DNA of 64,000 bases from NCBI GenBank assembly GCA_024653355.1, contig JANLFQ010000003.1, forward strand, positions 74,944 to 138,943. Direction: 5' to 3'. Source of the DNA: a candidate division WOR-3 bacterium. Its GTDB lineage: Bacteria > Hydrothermota > Tepidihabitantia > Tepidihabitantales > Tepidihabitantaceae. A program made the position numbers and the translations under genes. Positions 37,470 through 47,156 of the stretch are shown piece by piece (position 1 is the first letter of the stretch; every line of letters begins with the position of its first letter). Under the pieces are notes generated by a model. That model did not search any database. It saw only the letters and a list, made by a program, of their open reading frames with translations, and had not been told where the DNA came from.

Positions 37470-40400
37470 CTTTTGACCAGTTTACAGGTATTTTTTGTCC
37501 TGGGCAAGTGGGGTGCGGCACCGGTCGTAAGATGAATGAAGTAGATGCCAGGAGGCAAGGTATTGCCCTGTGTGTCGGTCCCGTCCCAAGTACAGGCATA
37601 CCAGCCGGCGGGTTGCTTTTCTTGCACGATTGTTTTAATCTTCCTGCCACTGACATCAAAAAGAGTTAAAGAGACATCGGAATTTTGAGCAATGGAGTAG
37701 AAAATGGTGGTGCGGTTCCGGCAGGGGTTTGGGAAAACGCGAAGCAGATGTGCCGAATCCGGAGCAGGATGGGTGAGTGATTCAACGGTTGTGACCTGGA
37801 TGTCATCAAGGTAAAAACCCTCGCCGGTTTTGCCGTCACCGTCGGAGACAAAGAGAAATTTAATCTGAACCGATTCGCCGGCAGGATATGAGGAAAGGTC
37901 GAAACTTTCTTTAAGCCAGGTTGAGGTCAAACCCATTTTTTCTTCAGATAGGGCACCACCAGTTCCGATAAAGTAAAGGGTGTCTTCCCGGTTAGGGGTA
38001 ATTAATATGACATACAAACCATCCACACCGTAAATCGGCAATGAGAACCATCGGTAGAATGTCAAAGCGGCAAATGGGGGCAAAGCAAAGCGGGGTGAGA
38101 GTAACCAGTACGAGGCGCGGTCAGGATAAGTGCCGGTTTCATTACCTGCATAGCAGGCAAAAGATGGGCTGTGGAATCTCCGGGTTGAGAGTGACCAGGA
38201 CCCGTTCTCACCACCGGTTGTCCAGGTGCCGAAACCGGAATCAAAATCGGTATAGATGCCAAGGGTATTGGAGGCGATTGTCAATGTGTCACTGGTAAGG
38301 TGCCGATTTGCGGTGATGTTTACACCAAGTTGAAACCGACCGGTGCCGACAAACCGGGCCGGGGTTAAAGACCAGACAGTTTCTCCGGGCGCGATATCGG
38401 GAAAGATTAAACCCGGGGTTATTATTTGGGGCAACAGGGTTTCGGGTCGAGGCAGAAAAATGGTTCCAGATGGCTGGGTTGCAGATGCCAAACCCGAGTT
38501 GGTAAGTTTAATAAACAGGTTAACGGTGTCCGGATAGGAGATGGTTGTTAAGTAGCTGACAAGTCGCAGTACAGGTGTACCGATTTGCAGGGTGAGCGGC
38601 AGGGAAAGGCGGAAACCGATGGGTTCGGTAAATGTCAGGATGCAGGGAACAGTTTGACCGTTGCGGCTAAGGGTGCTACAGCGGAAGCTGAATGAGGTTA
38701 AGACCGTTTCGCTTTGCGGTTGCAGGGCAGGGATAGAAACGGCTTTGTTTGTAAAGATAACAAAGGGTGAGGTTGTTGAAATTGAACAGCGGACCGGATT
38801 GGTTTGCAGAGTGCCGGTGTTGGCGATGGTCAGATGAAGGCGATAGGTTTGACCCGGTGAAAGGAATTGGGTGGTTTCGGCTTCAGGAGTGATAAGTCGG
38901 TAACCGGTAACCGAAAGGGTAGGTTGGCTAAATACCGGAATGGAATCTTCAAGCGGCAGGTGATTGGATGCGGTGATGATAATGCGGACAGTTGAGGTGC
39001 TGGAGAGTGTAATTGGCAGACAAAGGGTGCCTGCGGTTGAAGTTCTGCCCCGGGCAAGGAGCGTAGAGTTCTGGATAACTGTGACCCGGGCACCGGTAAC
39101 CGGTCCCGCAGGGTCTTGAACTGCAAGCCAGACAGAGTTTTCACCCACGGTCAGATGGGAAGGTTTGCTTACAGTCAGCGGAATCGGGGTGGCGGTGAAG
39201 ATGAGCATTGCCGGGTCACCTAAGAGGTTAAGGCAGTACTGATGCCAGCGATAAACATTGGGTTCAAAACTGTAAGGAGCAAAGAAAAGTTTGGTGCGGG
39301 CAAGAATTTCACCGATACGAGGCTCGGCGTGGCCGAACAGCTCCTTAAAGAATCGGAAATCAAACCGGTCCGAGTAACCGAATCCCGGGTTACCAGGCGA
39401 ACCCCAACCATACGAGGAGTTACCGATGAACGCTACCGCACCGCCCTGCGGATTACGGATAAAATGTTCTGCGATGGCGTCAAGGTCAAAGGCGTTGGTC
39501 CAGCACCCGATTGAGTAGCCGATGCCGGCACGGCTGAAGTTGATGAGCCCATCAACATCCTGGTTGCGCAGGGTGGCACCGCGGGCAAGGCTCAGGGCGT
39601 TGAACCAGCCGTGACCGCAGTGGTTGAAGAAGTTAAAACCACTGTTGAGCAGGGCACAGGCGGTATCAACGGTAACCGTCATCCGGGACTCGTACAGTTT
39701 GTGAATCGGTCCGTATCCAACGGGAAGTGCCTGAGCAGCGATTCGTTCTTTGGCAATGGCTTCGTCGGTATAAGGCTCATCCCAGAGGATTGCAGCGGAG
39801 AAAAGCGTGCGGGTTTGATAGTCGTATGTCCTGCCCAACTCATAGGCGATTAGTTTGTCCACATAGGCGCGTGCCTGCTCCGGGGTGTTTACCGGCACCC
39901 TGCCAACATAGATATCAGGATAAAGGTCAACGCTGTCTTCGGTTTCACCGAACACGCCGTCGCCATCCGCGTCCCAGTTGCCATCAAGGCAGGAGTAGTA
40001 AAAGTCACAGGGCAACGAGTCTTCGCGGGGATGAAGCCCGGCTGAGCAAGCCAGCGCAAACGCCTTGCGTACCGGGACAATGTCAACATCTCCGCCCAGC
40101 AAGAGGTATTTTAAGCCGGAGTCCTGGGCGCACTGTTGCAAATAGTTCCTTAATTTTTCTGCCGGGTCCTGGCCCTGATAAACTGAGGTTATCCATTCAA
40201 TTGCTCGACAGCCGGTGTTGAAGCCTGTTTGCTGACGCCAGCGGGCAAGAGGCGCAAAAACGGTGTCCATTGTTTGGGAGGTGACGATGAGGTACTCCAG
40301 GGGTCCGGTTTCTGCCCATTCCGCAGTCGATTGGAACTTGTGTTCAAAGGCGAGATTCACCTTTTTGATGAGCCGGACCCGGTTTTGTTCGGGTAACAGT

Positions 40401-40846
40401 TGCAAAGGGAAGATAAGGAGCGAGGCAACTGGTTTACCCCGCATATACCCCTGATTCGTAATAACGCAGACCGATTCCGGATAGGGGTTTGAAAAATCGA
40501 TAAGGGGCGGTTTCCCACTTAATTTTTGTGCCGGTAGAGAAAGGATGTTCGGGGGTGGAACATAAGCAAGATTAAAACTACCGGGCAAAGTTTCGTATTC
40601 AACACTAACCGTTTTAATACCGGCGAGACGGGTGTTAGGAGGCAGCAAAATGTTAATTGGCTTTACGGGCAGGGCAGGGTTATTGGGTGGAGTCGCAATC
40701 TCAGCATCGGGCAGGTTGAACAAAGTTCCGTTCTCGGTGATGGACAATTGCAAATCGGCATGGGAAAAAGTGAAGGTGTGGACAACGGTTTGTGCGGTTG
40801 TGTCAATGAAGAGGCAAAAAAGAAGAAGGAGAAGGTGAGCCGCCAT
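37466..40846 (-). CDS. Large secreted peptidase C25 (gingipain)-like protein with T9SS C-terminal sorting domain
   Basis: Signal peptide; candidate catalytic His/Cys context (FFNHCGHGWF, GYSIGCWTNAF); C-terminal ...LTLFDVSGRKIKTIV...PPGIYFIHL typical of a T9SS CTD; family assignment tentative. Confidence 0.6.
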   Translation of the reverse strand: MAAHLLLLLFCLFIDTTAQTVVHTFTFSHADLQLSITENGTLFNLPDAEIATPPNNPALPVKPINILLPPNTRLAGIKTVSVEYETLPGSFNLAYVPPPNILSLPAQKLSGKPPLIDFSNPYPESVCVITNQGYMRGKPVASLLIFPLQLLPEQNRVRLIKKVNLAFEHKFQSTAEWAETGPLEYLIVTSQTMDTVFAPLARWRQQTGFNTGCRAIEWITSVYQGQDPAEKLRNYLQQCAQDSGLKYLLLGGDVDIVPVRKAFALACSAGLHPREDSLPCDFYYSCLDGNWDADGDGVFGETEDSVDLYPDIYVGRVPVNTPEQARAYVDKLIAYELGRTYDYQTRTLFSAAILWDEPYTDEAIAKERIAAQALPVGYGPIHKLYESRMTVTVDTACALLNSGFNFFNHCGHGWFNALSLARGATLRNQDVDGLINFSRAGIGYSIGCWTNAFDLDAIAEHFIRNPQGGAVAFIGNSSYGWGSPGNPGFGYSDRFDFRFFKELFGHAEPRIGEILARTKLFFAPYSFEPNVYRWHQYCLNLLGDPAMLIFTATPIPLTVSKPSHLTVGENSVWLAVQDPAGPVTGARVTVIQNSTLLARGRTSTAGTLCLPITLSSTSTVRIIITASNHLPLEDSIPVFSQPTLSVTGYRLITPEAETTQFLSPGQTYRLHLTIANTGTLQTNPVRCSISTTSPFVIFTNKAVSIPALQPQSETVLTSFSFRCSTLSRNGQTVPCILTFTEPIGFRLSLPLTLQIGTPVLRLVSYLTTISYPDTVNLFIKLTNSGLASATQPSGTIFLPRPETLLPQIITPGLIFPDIAPGETVWSLTPARFVGTGRFQLGVNITANRHLTSDTLTIASNTLGIYTDFDSGFGTWTTGGENGSWSLSTRRFHSPSFACYAGNETGTYPDRASYWLLSPRFALPPFAALTFYRWFSLPIYGVDGLYVILITPNREDTLYFIGTGGALSEEKMGLTSTWLKESFDLSSYPAGESVQIKFLFVSDGDGKTGEGFYLDDIQVTTVESLTHPAPDSAHLLRVFPNPCRNRTTIFYSIAQNSDVSLTLFDVSGRKIKTIVQEKQPAGWYACTWDGTDTQGNTLPPGIYFIHLTTGAAPHLPRTKNTCKLVKR

Positions 40847-40851
40847 AACCG

Positions 40852-42228
40852 TTAATTCTCTGCCTGTTGTTTCAGATAGGTCTTGAGGTACTCCAAGCCC
40901 TCTTCTTTCGTTTTGATTTTGCCTTCAACCTGCAGGTCTTCAAGTTCCTGTAAGATGACCTTAAACACCGGACCGGGCTTTAACCCGAGAGCAATCAGGT
41001 CGTCACCGGTGACCAGCCGCTTGATTTTCGCTTTGGCTTCTTCGGCGCGCTTCTGGGCAATCATTCGGGTGATGGTTGCTTCAAGATGGTTTGTCCTGCC
41101 CGCGGTTGCCCAGCCATCGGCATAACAGAGAACCATTAAGCCCAATGCTTCTTCTCCCAGGTCGCGGAAAAAACGCCGGATTGCCCGTTCCGAAAGGTCG
41201 GGTGCGGTGGCAAGAAGGTGCAGGCGCATATGCTCCTTAACCAGGGTGCGGACGATTTTGGTTTGAGCGCGGGCAAGACGCAGCCGCTCGTGACAGATTT
41301 TGACGGTCAGTTTTGCGCCCAGACTGTCGTGGCCATAAAAGTGCATCTCACCAGACTCGTTGACAAAGCGGGTGTGGGGTTTGGCGATGTCGTGGAGCAG
41401 TCCGCCCAGTTTCAGCAGTGCGGCATGAAAAGGCAGCGCGAAATATTGCTGCCACTCGGGCAGGAAACGGGAGAAGAACCCGGGCTGGGAAATCAACTCT
41501 TCGATTTTTTCCACGGTGCGGAAGGTGTGCGACTTCAACTCTTCATCTTGCAAGAGGGGCGAAAGTTCGGGCATAATCTCCTCAAGGCGGTGCAGTTCGG
41601 CAAGTTTTATCAGATAAGAAACCGAACGGTTGGCTTCCAGGATACGGAGAAACTCCATGCCGATTCTCTCCGGCGCGGTATTTTTTAATGTGATGTCCTG
41701 TGCCTGTTCATAAACAGAGGGATGAACTGTGCAGTTGAGTTCCAGCGCCAGCCGCAGGGCGCGCAGCAAGCGCAGCGGGTCAAGGGCGAGCGATTGGTTC
41801 GATACGGGCCGAATCAATTTCTGCTTGAGGTCCGCTCTGCCGCCGAAGGGGTCAATAAGGGTATTTCCCTCGGGCAGTTCACAGGCGATAGCGTTCAGGG
41901 TGAAGTCGCGGCGTTTGAGGTCGTCAATGATAGTCAAGTTGCCAATGCCGTTGAAGTCAAGAGTGATTTTCTTGCGGTAAACAACCCGGGCTTCATCGTC
42001 CTTCTCTGATAAAACGACCAGTTTCCCTCGAACGGCGCGGGCAAACTCCCGGGCAAACTCGACCCCGGAACCGGAAACGGCAAAGTCAAAGTCGGCGGGT
42101 TCTCGCCCGAGCAGCAAATCCCGAATTGCGCCACCCACCAGAAACAGCCGGCGCGCGCCTTTAACCTTCAGGAGTCGGAGATAAATACTGCCTAAATTGT
42201 GTAGCGCCGGTTTGATATCGATATCCAC
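40852..42228 (-). CDS. tRNA nucleotidyltransferase (CCA-adding) / poly(A) polymerase family protein with HD domain
   Basis: Head-domain motif LVGGAIRDLLLGREPADFDFAV; HD domain in the C-terminal half. Confidence 0.8.
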   Translation of the reverse strand: MDIDIKPALHNLGSIYLRLLKVKGARRLFLVGGAIRDLLLGREPADFDFAVSGSGVEFAREFARAVRGKLVVLSEKDDEARVVYRKKITLDFNGIGNLTIIDDLKRRDFTLNAIACELPEGNTLIDPFGGRADLKQKLIRPVSNQSLALDPLRLLRALRLALELNCTVHPSVYEQAQDITLKNTAPERIGMEFLRILEANRSVSYLIKLAELHRLEEIMPELSPLLQDEELKSHTFRTVEKIEELISQPGFFSRFLPEWQQYFALPFHAALLKLGGLLHDIAKPHTRFVNESGEMHFYGHDSLGAKLTVKICHERLRLARAQTKIVRTLVKEHMRLHLLATAPDLSERAIRRFFRDLGEEALGLMVLCYADGWATAGRTNHLEATITRMIAQKRAEEAKAKIKRLVTGDDLIALGLKPGPVFKVILQELEDLQVEGKIKTKEEGLEYLKTYLKQQAEN

Positions 42229-42281
42229 TATTTCAGCATAACAGGAGAGAATGCAGGGTCAAGTTTGCTAATCGGAATTGC

Positions 42282-42309
42282 TTGACTTGCGACCGGGCAG
42301 GGTTAATTT
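42282..42309 (+). promoter_or_regulatory. sigma70-type promoter (TTGACT-16-TAATTT)
   Basis: -35 42282-42287, -10 42304-42309; SD AAAGGAGG before ATG 42336. Confidence 0.4.
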
Positions 42310-42335
42310 TTAATCTGTTCCCGAAAGGAGGCGTT

Positions 42336-42626
42336 ATGGTATTTCAAATTTTTGCCCGCGAGGGTTGTGTGACCTGTGCTAAAGCCCAGCAGGTCCTGGC
42401 ACGGTTTGGTGTTCCCGTAGAGGTGCGCTATGTTGATGGGCCAAGCGCGACACCGGAAAACCTTGCCGATTTAGCCTATTTTGACTGGACCGACACACCG
42501 CCGCTGGTGGTTGTTACCGAAGGGGATAAGGTTTTACAGCGCTGGGACGGTAACGACATCGCCGATACGAGCCGTTCCTGGCACCAGACCGTTGAACGCT
42601 GGCTTGAATCCCAGCGTCAAAAGTAA
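42336..42626 (+). CDS. Glutaredoxin/NrdH-like thioredoxin-fold protein
   Basis: CVTC active-site motif near the N-terminus; SD AAAGGAGG; ORF-track start at 42282 is a TTG coinciding with the -35 box. Confidence 0.7.
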   Translation: MVFQIFAREGCVTCAKAQQVLARFGVPVEVRYVDGPSATPENLADLAYFDWTDTPPLVVVTEGDKVLQRWDGNDIADTSRSWHQTVERWLESQRQK

Positions 42627-42676
42627 CGGCTGCGGGTCAAAGACCTGCCAGTCCGGGCTATTTACCTCTCCGCCCG

Positions 42677-43102
42677 CTAACGGTTCAGCGAATCAAACAG
42701 CGTGGGCAGGCTGATGATGCCGAGCACGGCGAGGACGCTGATTACAATCAGCGATAGGGCAACCGCAACCAGCGAGACAATCATCATAATCCCGCTGATG
42801 ATGAAGTAGAGTTTCAGTTTGCCGGTAAATTCGGCGAGCGCCTGCGGGTCGCCTTTTTCGGCATACTCCTGCGCCTTATTGCCCGCACCGTTCAGGATAA
42901 CCCCCATCCAGATGGGCAGCCAAGCCCAGATGATACCGAACAGGGTTAACGCCTGCAGGATGCCGGCAACAATCTGGACAATGCCCAGAAGTTTGAGCCA
43001 GCCCTTCATTCCGCGGACATTTTGCTGTACGGTGTTGTTCGGAACTGCAGTTGTTACGCTACTTTCCAAGTTTCCTCCTGTTTTTACGATAAGATAAGAC
43101 AA
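42677..43102 (-). CDS. Small integral membrane protein
   Basis: Three to four TM helices; an internal TTG preceded by AGGAGG may be the true start. Confidence 0.5.
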   Translation of the reverse strand: MSYLIVKTGGNLESSVTTAVPNNTVQQNVRGMKGWLKLLGIVQIVAGILQALTLFGIIWAWLPIWMGVILNGAGNKAQEYAEKGDPQALAEFTGKLKLYFIISGIMMIVSLVAVALSLIVISVLAVLGIISLPTLFDSLNR

Positions 43103-43126
43103 AATTGTAAAGGGTCAAGCCCGACT

Positions 43127-44788
43127 TTATTTAAATCGGAACCGGCTCTTAAAATGGCGCAGGGTTAAATCCCGACCATACACCACTTCCACCGGCGGTA
43201 TTGAATCGCGGTGCTGATAGAGCAGTTTTATCGCCTCGGCAGCGGCAAACAAATCCTGGTCCTCATAGGCAAGCCGGGGCACGGCAGCACGGACGAAGTT
43301 GTTGCGCGGTGCCGGGCTGTTTTCCAGTCCAAAGGCGTAAACGCCCAGTTCACACAACCGGTGGCCCGCGACCAGAAGCAGGGCAACAAAGCCGATGCCC
43401 GGATAATCTTCGTCCCGGGCATCAGGGAAAAAGCGGTCGATATCGATATAGACCGCATGACCGCCGGCGGGCTTGAGTACCGGCACGCCATCAGCGCTCA
43501 ACCGTTCGGCAAAGCGCTGTACCTGTCCAATCCGGCTTGCAAGATAGTCCGGGTTGACAACGGTGCGCAAACCTTCGGCAACCGCTTTGAGGTCTCTGCC
43601 TGCCAGTCCACCATAGGTTGGGTGTCCTTCAACAAGAATCTGATAATCGGTGAGTTTTTCGAGGAGTTCGGGATAGCGGCGCACAAATAGACCATCAGGC
43701 CGAATCAGCAGGGCACCACCGATATTCACCAGCCCATCCTTTTTCAGGCTGATGTGAAACCCGTCAACATATTGAAACATCTCCTGGACGATTTCGGCGA
43801 TGGTTTTGCGCTCATAGCCCGGTTCACGGTTGTGAATAAAATAGGCGTTTTCGGCAAATCGGCAGGCATCGAAGAAAAACGGGATGTTGTGTTCGGCGGT
43901 CAGGGCGCGAACGGCGCGGATGTTTGCCATTGAAACCGGTTGGCCACCGCCCGTGTTGTTGGTAATTGTCAGATAGACCAGAGGGATACGTTCGGGCATT
44001 GTATCAAGGAGCAGTTTTAACTCTTCAAGGTTGATGTTGCCCCGAAAAGGAAAACTCTCGTCGTTGTTGCGGTGCTCATCACAATTAAGGTTCAGGGGGA
44101 CAAAGTTACTGTCCGCAATGTTCGCCTCGGTCGTGTCAAAATGGCCATTACTGGGGATGAGGTAACAGGGCGCGGCATTGTGCCGGCGCTCGATTCGGCT
44201 CAGGGCAACTTTGATGCGGGCAAAAAGCCCGTTTTGGTCCGGCAGACTATTCAGCACGGTAGCGAGAGGGGTGTGGTTTTCCGAAGAAAGACGACGGGCA
44301 AGGTTGGAAAAAAGTGCGTGCTCGGCGGCTCTGCCCTGGTGAAATATGAAGAGCGTCTGAATGGGCCGATTTAAATCCTGGCGCCAGACATCACCAAAGG
44401 TTTTGGCCAGTTGCTCATTCAACTGATAATAGCCCTCGTTTGAGCCGTAAGCCTCATCGCCCAGTAGCAGTTGTGCCCACTGCTCCATCGTCATCGTGGT
44501 TGTGCCCGAATCGGAAAGCAAATCACAGCCCGGTAACAGGTGCGCCGGATAGAGAAACGGGTTCAACCCGATATTAGTTACCAGTTCAGCGCGGGCTTTG
44601 ACCGAGTGGAGCGGACAGGCAGAAGTGCCAAACTGGGCTTTTGCCTCAGCACAGTGGTGGCTGGTGTTGGAGCGAAAACGGACCGCGGCGTTGCGATAGG
44701 CGCGGGGTGTAAAGTATCGGCCGGGTTGGGCTCTTTTTTTCTCGAGTTCCTCAAACAACCGGACAAAGAAAAAGAGTTTATCGGTCAT
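43127..44788 (-). CDS. Tryptophanase / tyrosine phenol-lyase family (beta-eliminating lyase, PLP-dependent)
   Basis: Family motifs ...LNPFL...LLSDSGT..., PLP-lysine context HISLKKDGLVNIGGALL, GHPTYGGLAGRD; ORF ~80 aa longer than typical, so start uncertain. Confidence 0.75.
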   Translation of the reverse strand: MTDKLFFFVRLFEELEKKRAQPGRYFTPRAYRNAAVRFRSNTSHHCAEAKAQFGTSACPLHSVKARAELVTNIGLNPFLYPAHLLPGCDLLSDSGTTTMTMEQWAQLLLGDEAYGSNEGYYQLNEQLAKTFGDVWRQDLNRPIQTLFIFHQGRAAEHALFSNLARRLSSENHTPLATVLNSLPDQNGLFARIKVALSRIERRHNAAPCYLIPSNGHFDTTEANIADSNFVPLNLNCDEHRNNDESFPFRGNINLEELKLLLDTMPERIPLVYLTITNNTGGGQPVSMANIRAVRALTAEHNIPFFFDACRFAENAYFIHNREPGYERKTIAEIVQEMFQYVDGFHISLKKDGLVNIGGALLIRPDGLFVRRYPELLEKLTDYQILVEGHPTYGGLAGRDLKAVAEGLRTVVNPDYLASRIGQVQRFAERLSADGVPVLKPAGGHAVYIDIDRFFPDARDEDYPGIGFVALLLVAGHRLCELGVYAFGLENSPAPRNNFVRAAVPRLAYEDQDLFAAAEAIKLLYQHRDSIPPVEVVYGRDLTLRHFKSRFRFK

Positions 44789-44843
44789 TGAAGAACTAAA
44801 TTACCCCACATCAGGCTAAAGTCAAGGAGAAAAGAGGTGCGGT

Positions 44844-47156
44844 TTAGCGGGTGATGAGCACCTTAACCGTCGCTTTGCCGGGCACCTCTTTCATTGGCTG
44901 GATAAAGTAGACCCCAGGTGCAAGATGCCGGATGTCATTAACACCGGGCTGGAGATTGAGCACCTTCCGGCCGGAGATGTCAAAGAGAACACCGGTCTCA
45001 TTCCCGGGTAAAGACAGAGTGTAACGCACGACGGTTGGAATTAACCGGTCCTTAGAATTGCCCGCAATCTCGGGTGCGAGTCCAACAACGGTTGTGTCAC
45101 GGATGAAACAAACAACCGAACTGTTCGGTACCGCAACATAAACCCGGCGCTGGCTCGGGCTATGGACAATTGTTGCGGGATAATGGGGCAAATCGATAAC
45201 GGTAACGACCGAATCGGCACGGCAGTCAAACACCTTGACACTCTTACCATAGCGAAATGTGCCGTAAAGATAACCGGTGAGCGAATCGTAAACGATTTGA
45301 CTCAGTCTCGAGCCAATCGGGACCGAGTCTTCAATGCGGGGCCCGCTCGGGTTAATCACATAGAACTGGCTACCGGCTCCGCAGTAAAGCCGGTTGCGAA
45401 ATTGATTGTAGAACATCAAATCCGGTCCATACGGGAGCGGCAGAAAAGAGCGGATGGTGTGGGTGGAACAGTCAACAAAAAACAGTCCGTTGAGGTTCTC
45501 AACAGCACAGGCAAGGGCATTATCTTCCGGCAGATGGCAGACCGATAACGGTTTGCCACCCAATCCAATATGGGCGATTACCCGTCGGGTAACGACATCA
45601 AGCGCCACCAGTGAATACTGGTCAAAGATGGCGGATAGGTAAAGCCGGTGCAAAATCGGGAGATAACTGAGTATGCAGGGGTCCGCGCCGGCATATACCC
45701 AATCGATGACTGAATCCCAGGCACAGTTGATTATCGCAATGTCCTCAGACAGTGCGCAAAATAGGTGGTTCAGGTCTGGCGCATAAATTGCGCTGTTCGG
45801 TGTATCGTACAACGGTATTGTCTTACGCACCGTTTCGGCAGGACAGTCAATTGACACGATGGCGGTTTCTGATGGGATGAGGGCATAGAGGCGATTGCTT
45901 TCGGTAATGGGGATGATTTCTGAAGGGGCAGCGGGCAGTTTTATCGGGTTGTGGATGGTGCCGGTTGCGGCGTTTACGGGCATAATTTCATTTTGTTCGG
46001 TGCTGGCACAATAAACCCGTTCGGTACCCGAAAGATAGGCAAGGAGGTTTACCGGGAATATGGTGGGAACCTCCTTTACCACCTCACTGGTGCGGGCGTT
46101 GTATATCACCACCTGATGGCTATTGAGTTCCGCAGCATAGATTAAGTTGGCACGCGGGTTATAGCCCAGCCCCGCAGGATAGGAGCCGGGCGTCGGAATA
46201 ATCCGCACCACCTCATTGGTGACACCGTCAACAACGGCGATGTTATCAGTGGAACTCAAGGCGATGTAAACGAGGTTGTCAAGGGAGTCAAAAGTTAGCC
46301 CCCGCTGGTTTGTATTGAGGTAAATCCAGCGGATTAAAGTGTCGGCAAGGGCGTCGTAAACGCCAAACCAGTTACCATCCCAGTCGGCACAGTAAAACTT
46401 ATTACTGACGGTGTTCAGGCACATCAACCTCGGTCCATAACCAGCAAGAAGCCAGCGAATCACGGTATCCCGGTCGCAGTCAACAACGGTGATGTCCTCA
46501 TCGTAATCCTCCGCGATGTAAAGCCGGTTGGTGAGATGGTTGTAAAGCACGCCATAAGGTCCGGCACCGGAATAAAAGGTTTTAATCACACTGTCGGTTG
46601 AACAGTCAATTACCGCCACATCATCATTCTCCATCACGCAGTAAACCTTATTCACCCGATAGGCGCAGGTGATGTTATCACTATAGTATGGGAGGGCAAT
46701 CGTTCGGATTACAACTTCGCTGTCGCAATCCACGACCCAGACCGTTCGATAACCAACACAGTATATCCGGTTGAGGTTGGGGTTGTAGGTCAGGTCATAG
46801 CCGTAACCAGGCAGTTGAACAGTTCGGAGAACACGGTTGGCAGCGGCGTCAATTACAACCAACTGATTACCGCTCAGGATGTAAAGTTTATTATCCACTG
46901 GGTTGTAGGAAAAATTTCCAGCGTTGTCCGGCAGTTGAATTGAAGCGATTTTCCGGTTGGTGGTGCCATCAAGGACGCAGATAAGTGGGCTATTACTGCC
47001 GAAGATGAATACGGTGTTGTTGTTCGGGTTGTAAAAGATTCGGTTGGGATTTGCGGGAGCGGCAAACGAATCGGGCAGATAAACGGTCTTCTCCAGCCAC
47101 TGGGCGGAAACCGGTGTCGCCATCAGGGCGATGAGACAAAAAAACCACCGGCGCAT
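44844..47156 (-). CDS. YVTN-type beta-propeller repeat protein with T9SS C-terminal sorting domain
   Basis: Signal peptide; repeated ...N.VYVA... beta-propeller blades; C-terminal ...VLFDISGRKVLNL...APGVYFIQP. Confidence 0.75.
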   Translation of the reverse strand: MRRWFFCLIALMATPVSAQWLEKTVYLPDSFAAPANPNRIFYNPNNNTVFIFGSNSPLICVLDGTTNRKIASIQLPDNAGNFSYNPVDNKLYILSGNQLVVIDAAANRVLRTVQLPGYGYDLTYNPNLNRIYCVGYRTVWVVDCDSEVVIRTIALPYYSDNITCAYRVNKVYCVMENDDVAVIDCSTDSVIKTFYSGAGPYGVLYNHLTNRLYIAEDYDEDITVVDCDRDTVIRWLLAGYGPRLMCLNTVSNKFYCADWDGNWFGVYDALADTLIRWIYLNTNQRGLTFDSLDNLVYIALSSTDNIAVVDGVTNEVVRIIPTPGSYPAGLGYNPRANLIYAAELNSHQVVIYNARTSEVVKEVPTIFPVNLLAYLSGTERVYCASTEQNEIMPVNAATGTIHNPIKLPAAPSEIIPITESNRLYALIPSETAIVSIDCPAETVRKTIPLYDTPNSAIYAPDLNHLFCALSEDIAIINCAWDSVIDWVYAGADPCILSYLPILHRLYLSAIFDQYSLVALDVVTRRVIAHIGLGGKPLSVCHLPEDNALACAVENLNGLFFVDCSTHTIRSFLPLPYGPDLMFYNQFRNRLYCGAGSQFYVINPSGPRIEDSVPIGSRLSQIVYDSLTGYLYGTFRYGKSVKVFDCRADSVVTVIDLPHYPATIVHSPSQRRVYVAVPNSSVVCFIRDTTVVGLAPEIAGNSKDRLIPTVVRYTLSLPGNETGVLFDISGRKVLNLQPGVNDIRHLAPGVYFIQPMKEVPGKATVKVLITR

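Noticed and set aside
42282-42335. TTG start at 42282 for the glutaredoxin-like gene
   Set aside because: The TTG is part of a TTGACT -35 box; the ATG at 42336 has a perfect AAAGGAGG Shine-Dalgarno
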